NCBI GenBank assembly: GCA_964016885.1
Contig: OZ024743.1
Span: 293,012,001 to 293,076,000, forward strand
DNA length: 64,000 nt
Reading direction: 5' to 3'
Source: Eledone cirrhosa
Lineage: Eukaryota
Numbering within the stretch: position 1 is the first letter of the stretch; every line of letters begins with the position of its first letter. Below the pieces are notes generated by a model that worked only from the letters and a program-made list of their open reading frames with translations, did not search any database and had not been told where the DNA came from. The translations under genes and the position numbers were made by a program. This document shows positions 13,701-26,568 of the stretch, piece by piece.

Positions 13701-14181
13701 CCCCTCTATTAGGACATGCTCCTGCATAGTCCCAACGTGCATCCAGGATGTCATTCCAATCCCCCGCTAGAAGCAGGGAACGCGACGTTCCCAGAAAAGT
13801 CTCCAAACGCTGGAAGAAGTCGGGCCGTTCAGCTCCGAAAGGGGAGTAGACGGCGACCAGTCTCAAGGCCGCACTTTCACTACTGCCAACGTCTAGCACC
13901 AACAAACGACCCTCCGGGTCCGAGTGCACAACCTGTACGGCAAGACCCAGGTGTTTTTGCAGCAGTACGACAACCCTACCCCCACCTCCAGGTTGACAGA
14001 GAGATGCATGCACCTCAAAGTCATCGAAGGTGGGGGCCAGCTGCCGCACGACGCTGATTCGAGTCTCACAGATAACCATTACATTTATACTACATGACCT
14101 GAGGTCATTTAGAAGCTTTGCTTGCTTCCAAGTTGAGCCCAGGCCACGTGCATTCAAACATCCTACTCTTAACACATCCAT
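10744..14181 (-). CDS. L1/Tx1-clade LINE ORF2: APE endonuclease, reverse transcriptase and C-terminal Cys/His (zf-RVT-like) region, 1145 aa, uninterrupted
   Basis: APE motifs CLNARG, ICETR, VAVYSP, GDWND, YLDRFL, TDHK. RT motifs FRPITLLNTELKILAK, LDQSKAFDRVDH, RQGCPLS, YADD. C-terminal CPRC...HALVQC. Confidence 0.96.
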   Translation of the reverse strand: MDVLRVGCLNARGLGSTWKQAKLLNDLRSCSINVMVICETRISVVRQLAPTFDDFEVHASLCQPGGGGRVVVLLQKHLGLAVQVVHSDPEGRLLVLDVGSSESAALRLVAVYSPFGAERPDFFQRLETFLGTSRSLLLAGDWNDILDARWDYAGACPNRGGCNSLKGLLDRFNLVDRYRLDFQTVPTWTLTNHSGQSRSYLDRFLVRSKDRDILSCPEMRTVGYTDHKLVTCVVNLEKTHRQGPGYWKLNLFLPAKGTYRNQISRLVKERLTDAIVNNRWWASLKREIRTESISYSKMLAADRNRNEKELTGKLEEAIKSEDVARVLASRTALNQFFDAKHEGCVIRSKIRALGNEGAKAVGWARVTEAKSGNRSTIRSLQDEDGRVIREPKQMCEAFQKHFSRLFGGGEGPGRGVDFGPYLDGLPRLSNEEAESCEGPISADEIGDALSQCSRRKSPGLDGIPYELYLAMPVFFSELLEAVYCNWQQNGRIPCSVAKGVVTLVRKDENKGDSINNFRPITLLNTELKILAKVLAKRLALVVGGLVGDAQTCAIPSRSIHDNLHLMRYIIERVGNKPGFGGALINLDQSKAFDRVDHGYLDAVLAAAGFGPVFRGWITALHSNHICSKIKVNGYLSKPFEITRSIRQGCPLSSLLYVLTLEPLLRKLELLQGIPLEPGLSKAVSAYADDVTVMVSTDSEIEAIGTLLEEYERLSGAKLNREKSIGLQLGTWRGKPMPPDGVVGHWTEGPLKLLGVWFRPDLQVEKNWNEVTNKVFALTQKWAKCKLSLKGRAEVANIYIASVTYYRLTVVPCPKETLTTMERMLFQFLWKKRPPMVRRSICCQQPSKGGLGLPWLMMRRHALRLRHLQVFLTGQPVWAPFVKRAFPRLVSLTELQSWVKQRSGKLGDWHTECAQALRALWQAGQAIGGESTSSFYRGLVASRGDDTLGESLDMEEDELASLFGRTFGPGPMDNFQKSLAWQCYRGALPVRERLYRHGRPGRDPSKKICPRCVRHEETVAHALVQCPGVADLWGYAEQLLSRVAPIKLTAESVMTIKPPPLFTKEAKAVFLCVIAMLKEVVWWTRLKGLRSGNFLSGHSLVYFFRYHFGRSIRMEREVLGHRQFYERWVIVARMARVNGPSLYTIL

Positions 14182-14214
14182 GTGGGCGGCAGAGCCAAAG
14201 GAGAGTGTAGAGAC

Positions 14215-16118
14215 CTACCTTTCCGCTTCCCGGGGTTCGGGTTGCACGACTTCCATGGGGTAGGGGGTGTTGGGTGAAGGGGTGTCTTGTGGTGGTGTGG
14301 GGTCGTCTGTGTGTGGTGGGGTTGGGGTGTTTGGAGTTGTGTTGGGGAGGGGAAGGGGAGGGGGAAAGCTTTTTAGTAGGACGCGGTTTATGGGTTTGAC
14401 AGAGGGTGGTCCTACGTCCTCCTTAAAATCCTTTTTTAGTTTTTGGTAGAGGTTCATTGGGATTTTTATTAGTTTTAAATGTGGGTGGTTTTCTGACGAA
14501 ACAAAGTTTACACCTTCGGTTTGTACCGAAGGATTATTGTATATGAGTTCATTTAATTTATTGTTGTTTCTGTTGATGTAAGTATAGTGTAATGTCTTTT
14601 TTTCCGATGGTGTGAGTGTTTCGAAGAGGGGAGGGGCAGGTTTGGTTTTGTTTGTTGCTGGAGGGGTGTTTTCTGTTTTGTTGGATTGTGTTGCGATTTG
14701 GGTGGGGGTTGTTTGTCCTTGTGTGTTTTGCACATGTTTTCTTTTTTTCCTTTTAATCTGTCTGAAGGACTCCGTTTCTTCCTCCGAATTCGTTGGGTTA
14801 TCTTCAGTGTTGGAGGGAAGAGGTATGTTTGCTGGTAATGTTTCCGTGTTGGTTTTCTTTGTGGGGGAGATGGATGTCAATATGTTAGACTGTGTTGTGT
14901 GTTGTGTCTGCGGTGGTTGTGTTGTTTTATTGAGTGAGAGGTTGGGTGGGCCTGTATTTTGTTTTGGGGTAATGTGTTGTGACTGTTTGTGTTGTGGTGG
15001 TGTTGTGGTTTTACTGAGGGACGGGTTGGGTGGGACTGAGTTTTGTTGTTTGTTTATCTGTTGTGGTGGTGGTGGTGGAGCTGGTGTTGGTAGCAGGGTT
15101 TTCTTTTTGTTGAGTTGGGGACAAGCGGCCTTCAGGTGCCCTCTGCCTGTACTGATATGGCAGGACGGCCTTCTCCCCTCCACGCTAATGTTTATATACC
15201 CGTGGTCCTCTAATAGGATTCTGTCGGGTATTTGGGCGATGCGTTCAGGCTTCATTTGTACTACCAGCTCTATACCTGTTCCACTGAACGCATTGCCTGT
15301 GGTTTTCCCAATGGAAATCACGTTGTCATTCACTGGATCGATGAAACCAGCTATGAGCCAGCAGTAGTCCACATCTGGCATCATTGCATCCAGCCATATG
15401 CGTTGATTTCTTTTCCCCATTTAAGATGGATAAAAGGTGAAATTTTTCGAACGAATCGTTGACAAAGCACATTTTTTTGCCTCCGATTCGTTCTTCATGA
15501 TAATTGCTAGGCTTCCATACAGTCTGTCTTTTCTTATGAAAGTTGTTTCATTCAGTACTTCTGTGAGTACTGTTTTGATATCTGCTTGAGAAGGCTGTTC
15601 AGGTTTTTTTTGTACTGTTGTTGATGGTCCGAAACTTGACCGTTCGGCTTTCAATGTCTTTCGTGAATTCTTGAGGCATTTTTACCGATAAAATACCATT
15701 CTCACCTTCACTTATGTATTATTTTGCGTCCGTGATCCTTCGTACCACATCTGAAATGTTTTCCGCTATATAAGTCAAAGATTTCTTTGTTTTCTGTGCA
15801 AATGAAATCTTGTCGTCTGCTTTGTTTTCTGATATGGTGTTATTTTCAACTGTTATTTTTTTTGTTTGTTGTGTCTTTGTTTGTGTTATTAGTATTGTCA
15901 TGCAATTTTTCAATTTTTTTTTTTTCGTTGTTGGAATCCAAGTCCAGATTTATGTTTTCGTCATTTAATTTTTTCTCCGCAGATTCGTCCGTTTTTATTT
16001 TAATTTTTCCTTCCTTCTCTATGACGTTAGTTGGGAAGGAAGGGAGGACTAAAGCGTGCGAGCGTACAACTCTTACCGCTGTCCCCCCACCACTATTTTC
16101 GTTCGCTGCGTTTAACAT
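14215..16118 (-). pseudogene. Disrupted ORF1 (gag-like) of the same L1/Tx1 element
   Basis: Collinear ORF pieces 15846-16118, 15719-15913, 15421-15654 and 14215-15420 lie directly upstream of ORF2. There is a degenerate zinc knuckle (RPSCHISTGRGHLKAACP) followed by a Pro/Thr/Gln-rich linker. Stops and frameshifts separate the pieces. Confidence 0.8.
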
Positions 16119-16351
16119 TTCTGTTAGACGATTGAAATTTTTTACACAAAATTTTTTAAAACAGGTTTTTCACCTCTAGGAGGGGTAAAGATGAGCTGAC
16201 CCACCGCCTGACAGTTCAGACGGAGGGTCAAGCTACACAATTGTATCAAAATTAAGTTTGAACTCACAAAATTTCCTCAATAAATTTGAACAAAACTTCT
16301 GTGCGAAGTGAATGACATCCACACTGTAGAACAGACGACAGCTAGATTGTT

Positions 16352-16430
<79 letters not shown>

Positions 16431-17054
16431 TGTTTCTTTTATTTGCCACTAGGGCATCAAAAGTGGGACAAGTACAAAGGGGGGAGTTTACACAAAAAGG
16501 CGTCCTCAATAAGGAGGAGGCAATAACAAAATATAAAAATAAAATAAGATATAACAAAAAATAAAATTTTTAACAAAATCCTCAATAGAGAGGAGGCGCC
16601 TTGGGGGGTCGCACACACCCCCGAAAAAAGTGTGCAACCCTTCTCCTCAGGAGCACAGAGAAGGGGTGCTCCCTTGGTCTTTCATCTTCCTCACCTATAG
16701 TCTGATGTAGAGTGAAGGCCCATTCACACGGGCCATTCTCGCCAATTTCACCCATCTTTCATAGAAACGGGTGGGGTGCAGCACCTCTCTCTCCATCCTG
16801 ATCCTTCTTCCGAAATGATATCGGAAGAAACGGACCAGTTGTTGGCCAGAGAGAAAGGTGCGTGACCTCAGTCCTTTCAGACGCGTCCACCATACAACCT
16901 CTTTCGCCATGGCTATTACGCACAGAAACACCGCCTCTGCTTCATCTTTGAAGGGGGGAGGCGGCTTGATTATTACAATAGACTCGGTGGTCAACCGGAT
17001 CGGTCCCACCCTTGACAGCAGTTGTTCGACATAGCCCCACAGATCGGCTACGCC
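16431..17054 (-). mobile_element. 5'-truncated copy of a related L1/Tx1 subfamily
   Basis: ORF 16695-17009 (AVFLCVIAMAKEVVWWTRLKGLRS...ARMARVNGPSLY) aligns with the ORF2 C-terminus of the full-length element. It has a similar 3'UTR and (GATA)n on both sides. Confidence 0.92.
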
Positions 17055-17154
<100 letters not shown>

Positions 17155-17557
17155 TGCAGGCATGCAGATAGACAATCATCCAGGCAGACAGATAGAGAGA
17201 CGAACTAGTAAATATATGTATGCCATGTCATGATCCCTTAAGTGCCGATCGAGTCATAAGGACGGCGTAGTGACATGCAGTGTGTTTATGGCATTTAAAC
17301 ATGATGAAGCCCGTCTCTCTCCTAGTTGGAAAACAGTGGATCTTCCACAGTATTAAAGAGAGGTGTTGAAAGAGAAATGAGAAAGAGATGTAAAGGAAGG
17401 AGCTTCGCCAGTATTAAACTGGTGCTTTATTTACAATCATTGGAAGGGTGGAAGAGAAATTTGACCTCGGCTGGATCTGAACCCAGCACATAGAGAGCCG
17501 CTACAGTACCCCCAACATTTTAACAACTCTGCCACTTCACTGTCTTTTATATGTATA

Positions 17558-17760
17558 TACGAATATGGGCTGAAAAAGTCCATAGGCTAACTATGAAGGA
17601 TTGAGGCTAGAGTTGTGAAATCCTGCATGCAATAATTTCAAATCTTCTTATTAATAACTGTATTGTTCCTTTCCAGAGACTATGTTGAAAAATAAACCTC
17701 ATTAGGTCATTGATTGGGGGTATCTTGCTCAGCCTATGAACTTTTCAACCAAAGCTCGTA
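17558..17760. mobile_element. Mariner-type MITE
   Basis: Imperfect TIRs tacgaatatgggctgaaaaagtccataggct / agcctatgaacttttcaaccaaagctcgta with TA ends. Confidence 0.7.
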
Positions 17761-18052
17761 CATCGAAGTATTCAAAGACAAATAGACAGACAGTCAGAGG
17801 AGGGAACAATGAGAGGTAGAGAGAGGTAGAGTAAGAGGTAGAGTAAAAGGTAGTAGTAACGGTTGCTGTGTAGTAAAGGAAGGGGGAGATAAAAGAGGTA
17901 CTGAAGCTAGTTTCAAAATAATATAAGCCTCTTTTCAAGTTGTAGGCTTAAGCTATGACCTACCTGTTGCTTAGCTGACATGACAGTTTTATTTACTTAC
18001 CTATCCTAGCTGGGACAATAGTGGGGAAGGGCTCGAGATGTTGAGAATGTAT

Positions 18053-18111
<59 letters not shown>

Positions 18112-18425
18112 GGTGGTGGTGGTGGTGGTGGTAGTGGTGGTGATGGTGGTATGAGGAGGAGGAGGGGCGGTTGTGGTGGTAGTAGTAGCAGTAGTAGCAG
18201 TGCTGGCCTCTTTTACAAATTACCTATCAACCTAATCTTGTTTGTCGGCTTTCTGTCAAATTGCCTCTCTATCTATCTATTTATCTATCTATCTATCTGT
18301 ATGTATGTCTGTCTGCCTGTCTATTTAACTATGTACATATCTATTTCCCCAATTTCGTAAATCTGTGAGAGGCTGCATGTGCATATATGCAGACCTTTCT
18401 ATGTATATACTGTATATACTTAATT

Positions 18426-19180
18426 TACGAGGTTAGAAAGGAAAATATCAGATTATATTTTCTCAGAGGGAAGTTATGGCGTTAGGGGACAAAAGTATGC
18501 AGAGTAAAGCCGTTTACATTCATGCGCATGCGTGGTTTTTGACGAGCAAGTTAGATGTGTCAGTCATGACCAGACAGCCCATGTGAAGATGCTGTACTAC
18601 TTACACGTCTCATTTTCATTTCGCTTCCGATGATAGAACACGTGGAGCTACGATCTTTCATCAACTTTTGCTAAAATCATGGACTGCCATGCAAAACTAT
18701 TCGCAAAAGTCACCAGGTTTTAGGTGATATTGCTATGAGTGTTACCCAAATAAAAGAATGATACAAGTTCAAAGATTGCCACATTTGTTATCGAGAAGGT
18801 GCAAACCGCGATAATGGAGGGTCGTCGTTTGACGATGGCGGAAACCTGTGATAAGGTTGGGGTCAGTAAAGATTCTGTCGATGTAATTTTAATGGCGGAT
18901 TTTGGTATGCATAAAGTGGCTGCTCAATTTATGCTAAAGTTGTTTTTATCAGAAACAATACCTTTGTACTGAGATTTCACAGAACCTGTTTGATATTACC
19001 GTCAAGTATCCAGAGTTTCTGAATAACATGATGACGGGATATCAGAGATTGATGAAAAGGTTTAACACAGAAACCTAAGCTCAGTCATCATAGTAGAAGT
19101 ATGCAATGTTGCTAAGGTCCAAATAAAGCACGTCAGGTGGAGAGGGAAATCAAGCTGATGCTGGCTGTTTTGTTTTTCTT
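18426..19180 (+). mobile_element. Decayed mariner element (5' half)
   Basis: tacgagg TIR-like start. Fragments AMSVTQIKE, RRLTMAE, DFGMHKVAAQFMLKL, PEFLNNMMTG resemble mariner HTH/WVPR regions. Confidence 0.6.
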
Positions 19181-19184
19181 TTTT

Positions 19185-19415
19185 ACTATGGTCACGTGGT
19201 TCTAATGTCACTGGAGAATTCACTGGACAGATTTTATGGGCAAAACCAACAGGTAGGAGACCTAGGGTTAAAACCCCGAGCAAGATGGTTGGATAACATC
19301 CATGAGCTTGACTGGTCACGCTGGTGGATCCAGCCGGATCAGTTGGATCAAGAAGAAGAAGAAGAAGAAGAAGAAGAAGAAGAAGAAGAAGAAGAAGAAG
19401 AAGAAGAAGAAGAAG

Positions 19416-19416
<1 letters not shown>
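19185..19416 (+). mobile_element. RTE-like LINE 3' remnant with (GAA)n tail
   Basis: YGHVVLMS...ILWAKPTGRRPRVKPRARWLDNI (frameshifted), followed by (GAA)n. Confidence 0.6.
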
Positions 19417-19447
<31 letters not shown>

Positions 19448-19483
19448 AAACAACAACAACAACAGCAATAACAATAACAACAA

Positions 19484-19522
<39 letters not shown>

Positions 19523-19531
19523 CAACAACAA
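19349..19531. repeat. Compound trinucleotide array (GAA)n(CAA)n(CAG)n
   Basis: Visible directly. It generates spurious homopolymer ORFs. Confidence 0.95.
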
Positions 19532-20029
19532 GACGACTAATGAAGTGTGATGCATAATTAATATGCAAAAAAAATATATATATACATACACAAAAGCACG
19601 CATATACACACAAGTGCGCACAATCACATACCAATATATATATATATACATACGCATACACACAGAGCCGGATTCAATGGTGGGTAAAGGAAGCAATTGC
19701 CCCGGATCCCCGGCAGTTTATGAATTATGTAACGAATCTCAAACAGATAAGTAACTCAGTAATTAGCAACCATATGTGTGTGTGAATATGTACCTCACTG
19801 TTGCTTATCTGCCCTTGATTACTCTTAAACACAGTAGCTTCGTTCTGAAATTTTCCTTTTTCAAGATGGCTAATAACTACACGTTCTTTCTCTCGTGTTT
19901 AGCTTTGTTCTGTTTACTTCCATTTCTTACTCCTTTTTTTCTTCCCATTTTTTTGCTCTCTCACTTTAATTATTTTCCGATAATGGACTGCTATACGAAA
20001 CGTTATTACCTTTATCCAGCTCTGTCAAG

Positions 20030-20640
20030 TGTGACTGTGGATCCACCGTGGACTCTTTCGGACTCCACCCGCTTACCTGTCACCACAGTGCCGGCCACCT
20101 TCCACGCCATGCTGCCCTCAACGAGGTCATTAAGCATGACTTGGACGCTGCAGGCTTCCCCTCCCAGCTTGTGCCGGTGGAGCTGGACCGAGGGGATGGC
20201 AAAAGGCCAGACGGTAGGACCATCTTCCCGTACCGCGGTGGCAAACCCCTCGACTGGGATGCCACTTGCAGCGACACTTTCTCCAGCCACAACCTGGTGC
20301 AATCTGGGACTAACCCAGGCTCTGCTGCACGTCGGGCTGAGAGGGCCAAACTCTCCAAATATCGGTCGCTCTCCGACAGGTTCGCGGTCGTGCTCTTGGC
20401 AATGGAGACTTCTGATGTCCTTGGCTCTAGGGCTACCTCCCTATTCACCACCTAGGCGCTGAGCTGGCCAGCCGCAGGTGTGAGCCTCACGAGTTGGAAT
20501 TACTCTTCCAGCGCATCTCCCTTACCATCCTCTAGGGAAACGCCTTCTCCACCCCGTCCACCGGGGCTGTGGGGAAGCCAGCACGTGGGAACCCATTTGC
20601 TCACCATAAGGATTAATAGGCAAAGTTATAAACTATTGAA
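20030..20640 (+). mobile_element. CRE-clade non-LTR retrotransposon 3' fragment (RLE domain)
   Basis: GLHPLTC...RHAALNEVI...DGKRPDG...WDATCSDT...AERAKLSKY...METSDVLG. Confidence 0.85.
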
Positions 20641-20725
20641 AATATGTTTATTAAAGACTGTTTTACATTCATTACGTTATCTTTACATCGTATTGTTCTC
20701 CTGTGTTAGCTGTGTTCATATTTCT

Positions 20726-20884
<159 letters not shown>

Positions 20885-21416
20885 GTGTGTGTAAGTGCGT
20901 GTAAGTGCGTGCGCGTGCATGTGTGTGTATGTATGCTACAGGTAAAATAAAACTTACTTTCGTGGAAAAAACATTACATTCGTGGAATTCATATATTTGT
21001 AAGAAGAAGATATAAGAGAAATCTTGCTCTTCCTGCTCTGTAGTGATATAGCACACATAGCTCTATCTACAGCCTGATTTTCACCTGCTGAAACGCTATG
21101 CTATATGAAATTTGAATCCCTTCTCTTTAAAGAAATGAGTAAAAAACTTTTTTTAAATTATACATGATTATTATTTTTTATGTTAATGTTAATGATAACG
21201 AATATATATATATATATATATATAAATATATATATATATATCAAACATCACGGACGCTCTATCTCAAAATTATTTTTGAAAAGCATTAGAAATGCGCAAC
21301 CGGTAAAACTTAAAACCAAAACTGAATACTAACCAATACTATTACTAATTCTCACTTATTCCTAATTAAACTATTTTTCACTGTGAGCAATTTGTCACCA
21401 TTTTCTTTTCCGTTTA

Positions 21417-21471
<55 letters not shown>

Positions 21472-21619
21472 GTGATATTAGTGAGAGTAGATTTTAATCA
21501 TTTACTAGGTGTTTTGTAACTCAATGCAACGATAGAATCATACAGAGTGTTTACATCTTTACAGTTTATTTACAAAACACCAAAACATTCAATTTTTAGT
21601 TTGTAAACAAACTGTAACT

Positions 21620-21695
<76 letters not shown>

Positions 21696-21860
21696 AATAG
21701 GAAAATGTTCAAGACCCCGACGGTAGAGCTCAAGCCGTTTCGACGGCTATTTCTGGACGCATTTTCTTGAACATTTTCCTATTACCCACACAACTACGCT
21801 AAGTATTGAGTACTCTCGTGCGTTATGGTCCACCTGGTTCCTTACCAAACTTACTTCGTT
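21696..21860 (+). mobile_element. Short fold-back PLE-type fragment (same family)
   Basis: aataggaaaatgttcaaga...tcttgaacattttcctatt plus the shared tail ending cttcgttatata. Confidence 0.62.
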
Positions 21861-21924
21861 ATATATATGTATATATGAAATGGTGTATATATATTATCAA
21901 ATGATTCTATGGACATACTTTATA

Positions 21925-21971
<47 letters not shown>

Positions 21972-22607
21972 TGATTTAGTGTTAAAGAATATACACTAAT
22001 GGAGAAATAAGAATATATATATTTTTTTTTAATGAGGCACCCGAAGCTGTGTGACCCTAAGCACCACCACAGTTTTCCTCTTTTCTCTCTATTCAGCCGT
22101 GTGCCTCTATTGTAGTATAAAAGGCGCCTTCAAAGTAGTATCTTAACTTGCTAGAAGTAGCAGGCACAACTCCTTCACATTACACCATACTATCTTGACA
22201 ATAAACGGACACTTAAGTGTGTCACTGATTATTTGTAGGTGTTTGTCCCTAAATTAAGTCAAGCCTGATAAATTCTTACAAGTATTTGGCTGTGAAGTAT
22301 ATTTAAATTCTGTCAACTCTGTGTACAATTAGATACGTGACTTGTAGCACGTAATAAATTGTTTATTTATTAATCTGTTAATTACATTTTGCTAAATTAA
22401 TGTGTCACAATAAATTATATTTTTAAAATGTATGTCGTCTCGTCAATAGGAAAAGTTCAGAAAGATTTGACGTAAACGCACTTTATCAGAAAAACAAAAA
22501 CAAAATGATTGCCATGGTAAGAATGGTCTTTTATCAATATTCTGCGTGATTTGAGCTAACATGTGGTTAACAACAACCTTAGGTCCATTTATATCTTACC
22601 GCCCTGC

Positions 22608-22890
22608 CTTCGTGGTAAGTGGTAAGGTTTTGGACTTACGATCATCATGTCGTAGGATCGATTCCTGGAATGAATTGTGTGATGTGTGTTGTGTTCTTGA
22701 ACAAAACACTTCATCTCACGTTGCACCAGTATACTCAGCTAAATATGAATACCAGCAATAACTGGGGGTTTAAACCTGAGAGGGACTGGTGGCCTGTCCA
22801 GGGGCAGTCTTTTACTCTCAGTCACTTAACACCATGGAAAACGAGATGATCACCGGTCTGATGAGTGTTCGGGCTCGAGACAGACTTTCA
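22608..22890 (+). mobile_element. Second tRNA-SINE family (CORE-like plus V-domain-like); copies at about 51685-51940 and 52840-53120
   Basis: tRNA-like head, then gtgttcttgaacaaaacacttc...actcagct, then cctg...ggactggtggcctgtccagggg, and a tail ctgatgag. All are shared among the three copies. Confidence 0.62.
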
Positions 22891-23574
22891 ACTAAGACTT
22901 GCTTCAACAATTCGATGGTAGTAGCCGTTTCATCCTCTCCGATGAGATGTAAATACGCCTGAACAGCTACAAGACAACGGAGAGTCACGTCTATTTCAGA
23001 TGGAATACAAATGACAGCTAAAACGTGACTCCAGGTAGGTTCATTGATATACAGAATTTTTATTATTTTTTTTACTATTTAGTCTCAGTGAGAAAAACAG
23101 TGCCCATGACGCTTTTCAGGACCTATGAGGGTTGTGGATGGTATCTTCATATCGGAAACTCGGTCAGAATGCTTATAACAAATTAGACACCGTTAAATGC
23201 ACCCAGGGACCAGGTAATATAAATAAACCGTGTCATGGATAAAAATATACTACCTATATAGGTTACAGTAGGATTTTAACTCAGATCGCAAAGAAGCGGG
23301 ACTAATACCACAAGGCATCTCATACTCTACTAATTTCGCCAATCCACCGCTCTAGATTGGTATTCTGATCGGAGATCACCTGAAGCTTAGTAAAAACAAC
23401 AACAAAACACACACTCGATCCAACACAATTTAACCTCCTTAATCCTTTTTATGTCTGGGGCATACGTACAACCAACATAACTTGACAATTTTTACAAAGT
23501 ATTTGTTATAGTAGTTATTGCTGTTTGATTTTGGTAGGTCTGGAAAAAGATATAGAGCCTATGACGTTCACATA

Positions 23575-23845
23575 TTGTCGATGATTAGAAACACCGATAC
23601 CATTAATGTTATGCTTAATGGTATCAAGTCGACTCGTTTTGAAACGATATGAACAGGGAGGAATTTTAAGAAGGATGACGTTGAGAACAGGGAAAATTGA
23701 GCGTAGTGATTAGAGCGAGACATGGGGTGGTGTGTAAAACATGGGTGATAAGAAGGGTTGAGACGAGAGTTTGGGAACTGCCTGAGTTGAAGTGGCATGA
23801 GTCTAGCTAGCTCTGAGGAACTAAAAGCCATAGAGCGGAGTTTGT
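23575..23845 (-). mobile_element. CR1/L2(Crack)-type LINE 3' remnant; related copy at about 9860-10110 (+)
   Basis: SSSELARLMP...SRL..S.HP...SRSNHYAQ...LPVHIV...VDL pattern is typical of CR1/L2 ORF2 tails. Confidence 0.5.
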
Positions 23846-25711
23846 CCCTGAGGGACACTATAACCACGTCATCCCGATCAAATGGACGCATAAGCAAAGA
23901 ACATACCGTTACTTTTTGTTTCAAACCTAATCTATTTAGAACTACACTATCCAATGTCCTTTTTTTTTTTAAATATTAAAGTGTACGATATGGAAAAGAT
24001 TTAGTGGCCGTTTCCATTAGGCCAAGCTAGTAAATAGAAGCTCTCAGGCTGGTTCACGTTCTTGCTGTTGTTATTGTTATTGTAATCGTTGTAGTTGTTT
24101 TTGTCTTTTGTTGTTGCAATAATTAGCATTGTTTTCGTTATCATTGCAGTTTTTTGGGGTGGGGGGCTGCCGCTATTGTGTAGATTTGGTCAGCCCTTTT
24201 CGAGCAAATCTGGAGTACATAGTTCATCAATCAAAATATTAGGTATAAATAAACTCAGTTTTCCAGATAATATCATCTACAGTAATTCCGACATGCATAA
24301 TAGGATTATCGTCTGACAGTCAAGCATATAACTTTGCTTTCTTTTCTGCCGTATTCTGGTGTATTTTGTATGTTTGTTGGTTCTAGAAATTATCAGATCA
24401 AAGGAGAGATGGTTATTTTAGGTCGCAGGGCCAGTGTCTGAATGTTCTGTACCCTAGGCAAGCCAAAATATTTACACCCACTCCTCCCGAATACAATAAT
24501 TTCAATTTGTAGTTTGGCACGCTGACAAACCTAGTTTGTGACACTTCTTATTTTGACAATACTAGAGAATCACTGAGCCAGCAGTTTCTACTACATAGTC
24601 CAACCAAACCCACGACAAATCATGTTAAGGGCCATAACACTTTACTACACTCTCCATCGCTCCTACAATTAACAATTTATTTCAGTGACGTATCAGAATA
24701 GCTAATATGATCTTAATCTGGTTCTAAGGACTCAGTACTCAGTGTTACAGTTATGCAGTGTTAACTGGTGTTATTTACTGTTTTAATCAGTTAACCAAAG
24801 CATTTGGTGCGTTGATAAGCTATAAGCCGGTTTATATGTATGGCGCCCAAAATCTGACGACAACCAAGGGATTGTAACATTTTTCAAGACTGCACACAAC
24901 AATTATTGGTGGGGGGCACAATTATTATTGTTTTTACGTAGGAATGTTCCTGAAGTTTTTGTGAGTTTGTCAAATCTCAATTGCACCAAAAAAGCCTAGA
25001 ATATTTTATCTCTATTCATTGCTCACCCCATGTCCATAGCCTCCATGCACACCATGGAATCCAACCTAGTGTAGGTAGGTATACTGTTGGCCAAAAACTA
25101 GGTAGATAAGTTAATCGGTGCAGTCAGAGTTTATAATAGAGTAATTAAGCTTAGACTAATTCTCGATAATTTAATTCCTAAGATTTATTTCGTTATAAGC
25201 ACCAGAATCTGGACTTTCAGATGAACAGAAGGACGAATATTATGAGATACTTCTTCACACTGCATCAATGAAGACTGACACTGATATCATCGTATTATAC
25301 CTATATTCTTTGCCCACGAAAAGGGTGACTGAAGCCCCTCTTCAACTCACTTCTTGCACACAGCACAAATCCGCGTATCTCTGTTTAAGCATTTCTACAA
25401 TTTCTCCGGACTGACTGTATATTGACCCAGCATTGATTGCTGCAGCTCTGCTGTTTAGGATCTGATACAAAGAAGACATATCATATGCCTTCTCTACCTT
25501 AAAGGAAAGGGGTTTCTGCGATTGCTTGTTTACTGGTCGTGGTTTGTTATTCGTGGTGCGACGTTTGCAGTTAAGGATCCACCAAACCGTTTATTACATA
25601 ATTAGTCATCAGGACACGAGAAGAAAGCGGATTGGCGCTACAAAGGACAGTGTACAAAAGGACAAATCAGGAAGCATTTACACACACATACACACACACA
25701 CACACGCACAG

Positions 25712-25924
<213 letters not shown>

Positions 25925-26157
25925 GAGAGAGATTGATTGATAGATAGATAGATAAATAGATATAGATATAGATATATATATAGCGAGTCTTGTTCTTGTT
26001 ACTCTGGAGTTTCACCTGCTGATCACAGGGTCACCATATATATATATATATGAAAGACTCGAGACCCCGACGGCTGAGCTCTTGCTGTTTCAACAGCTAT
26101 ATATTTCCTTTCTCACTCTTAGTACTGCTGTTACTTAAATATAAGTATGTTTACATA

Positions 26158-26209
<52 letters not shown>

Positions 26210-26215
<6 letters not shown>

Positions 26216-26340
26216 AAAAGAATCAGGACCCCGACGTCTGAGCTCCAGTCGTTTCGACAGCTAACCCACTCGACTACCCTAAGTATTGAGTACTCTGGTG
26301 CGTTATGGTGCACCTTGTTCCTTACCACACTTCCTTCGTT
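26210..26340 (+). mobile_element. Short PLE-type fragment (same family) with an inverted 5' piece
   Basis: taggaaaagaatcaggaccccgacg...gtttcgacagcta is joined to the shared tail ccctaagtattgagtactctggtgcgttatgg. Confidence 0.55.
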
Positions 26341-26385
26341 GTATGTATATATATATGATTGTGTGTGCGCGGGTGTAATTATTAT

Positions 26386-26568
26386 TTGGCAGTATCGGTA
26401 GGGGGTCGGACTTCATACTTTGCAACAAAGAGTTACGGCCCTTTATCGTCTGAGTTCAAATTCCGCCGAGGTTAACTTTGCCTTTCATCCTTACGGGGTC
26501 GATAAAATAAAGTACCAGTAATACACTGGGATAATTGCTGGCCTTGTGCCAAAAGTAGAAACAATTAT
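26386..26568 (+). mobile_element. tRNA-SINE (same family)
   Basis: Matches 34888-35078 across head, core and tail. Confidence 0.88.

Larger units (their letters stand above)
10530..16351 (-). mobile_element. Near-full-length L1/Tx1-type non-LTR retrotransposon bounded by (GATA)n
   Basis: 5'UTR-ORF1-ORF2-3'UTR layout. AATAAA (10533-10538, minus) sits just before a (TATC)n run. (GATA)n tracts lie at about 10414-10529 and 16352-16430. Confidence 0.92.

Noticed and set aside
14612-15367. 251-aa Cys/Gly/Val-rich plus-strand ORF
   Set aside because: It is the antisense shadow of the A/C-rich low-complexity part of LINE ORF1 and has no recognisable motif.
19062-19696. ORFs with poly-E, Q, K, L or R runs
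   Set aside because: They are translations of trinucleotide microsatellites. The same applies to all (YI)n, (CV)n, (HT)n and (ER)n ORFs in the track.
22990-23042. tttcag...gtaggt candidate micro-exon
   Set aside because: All three frames contain stops and no partner exons were found.
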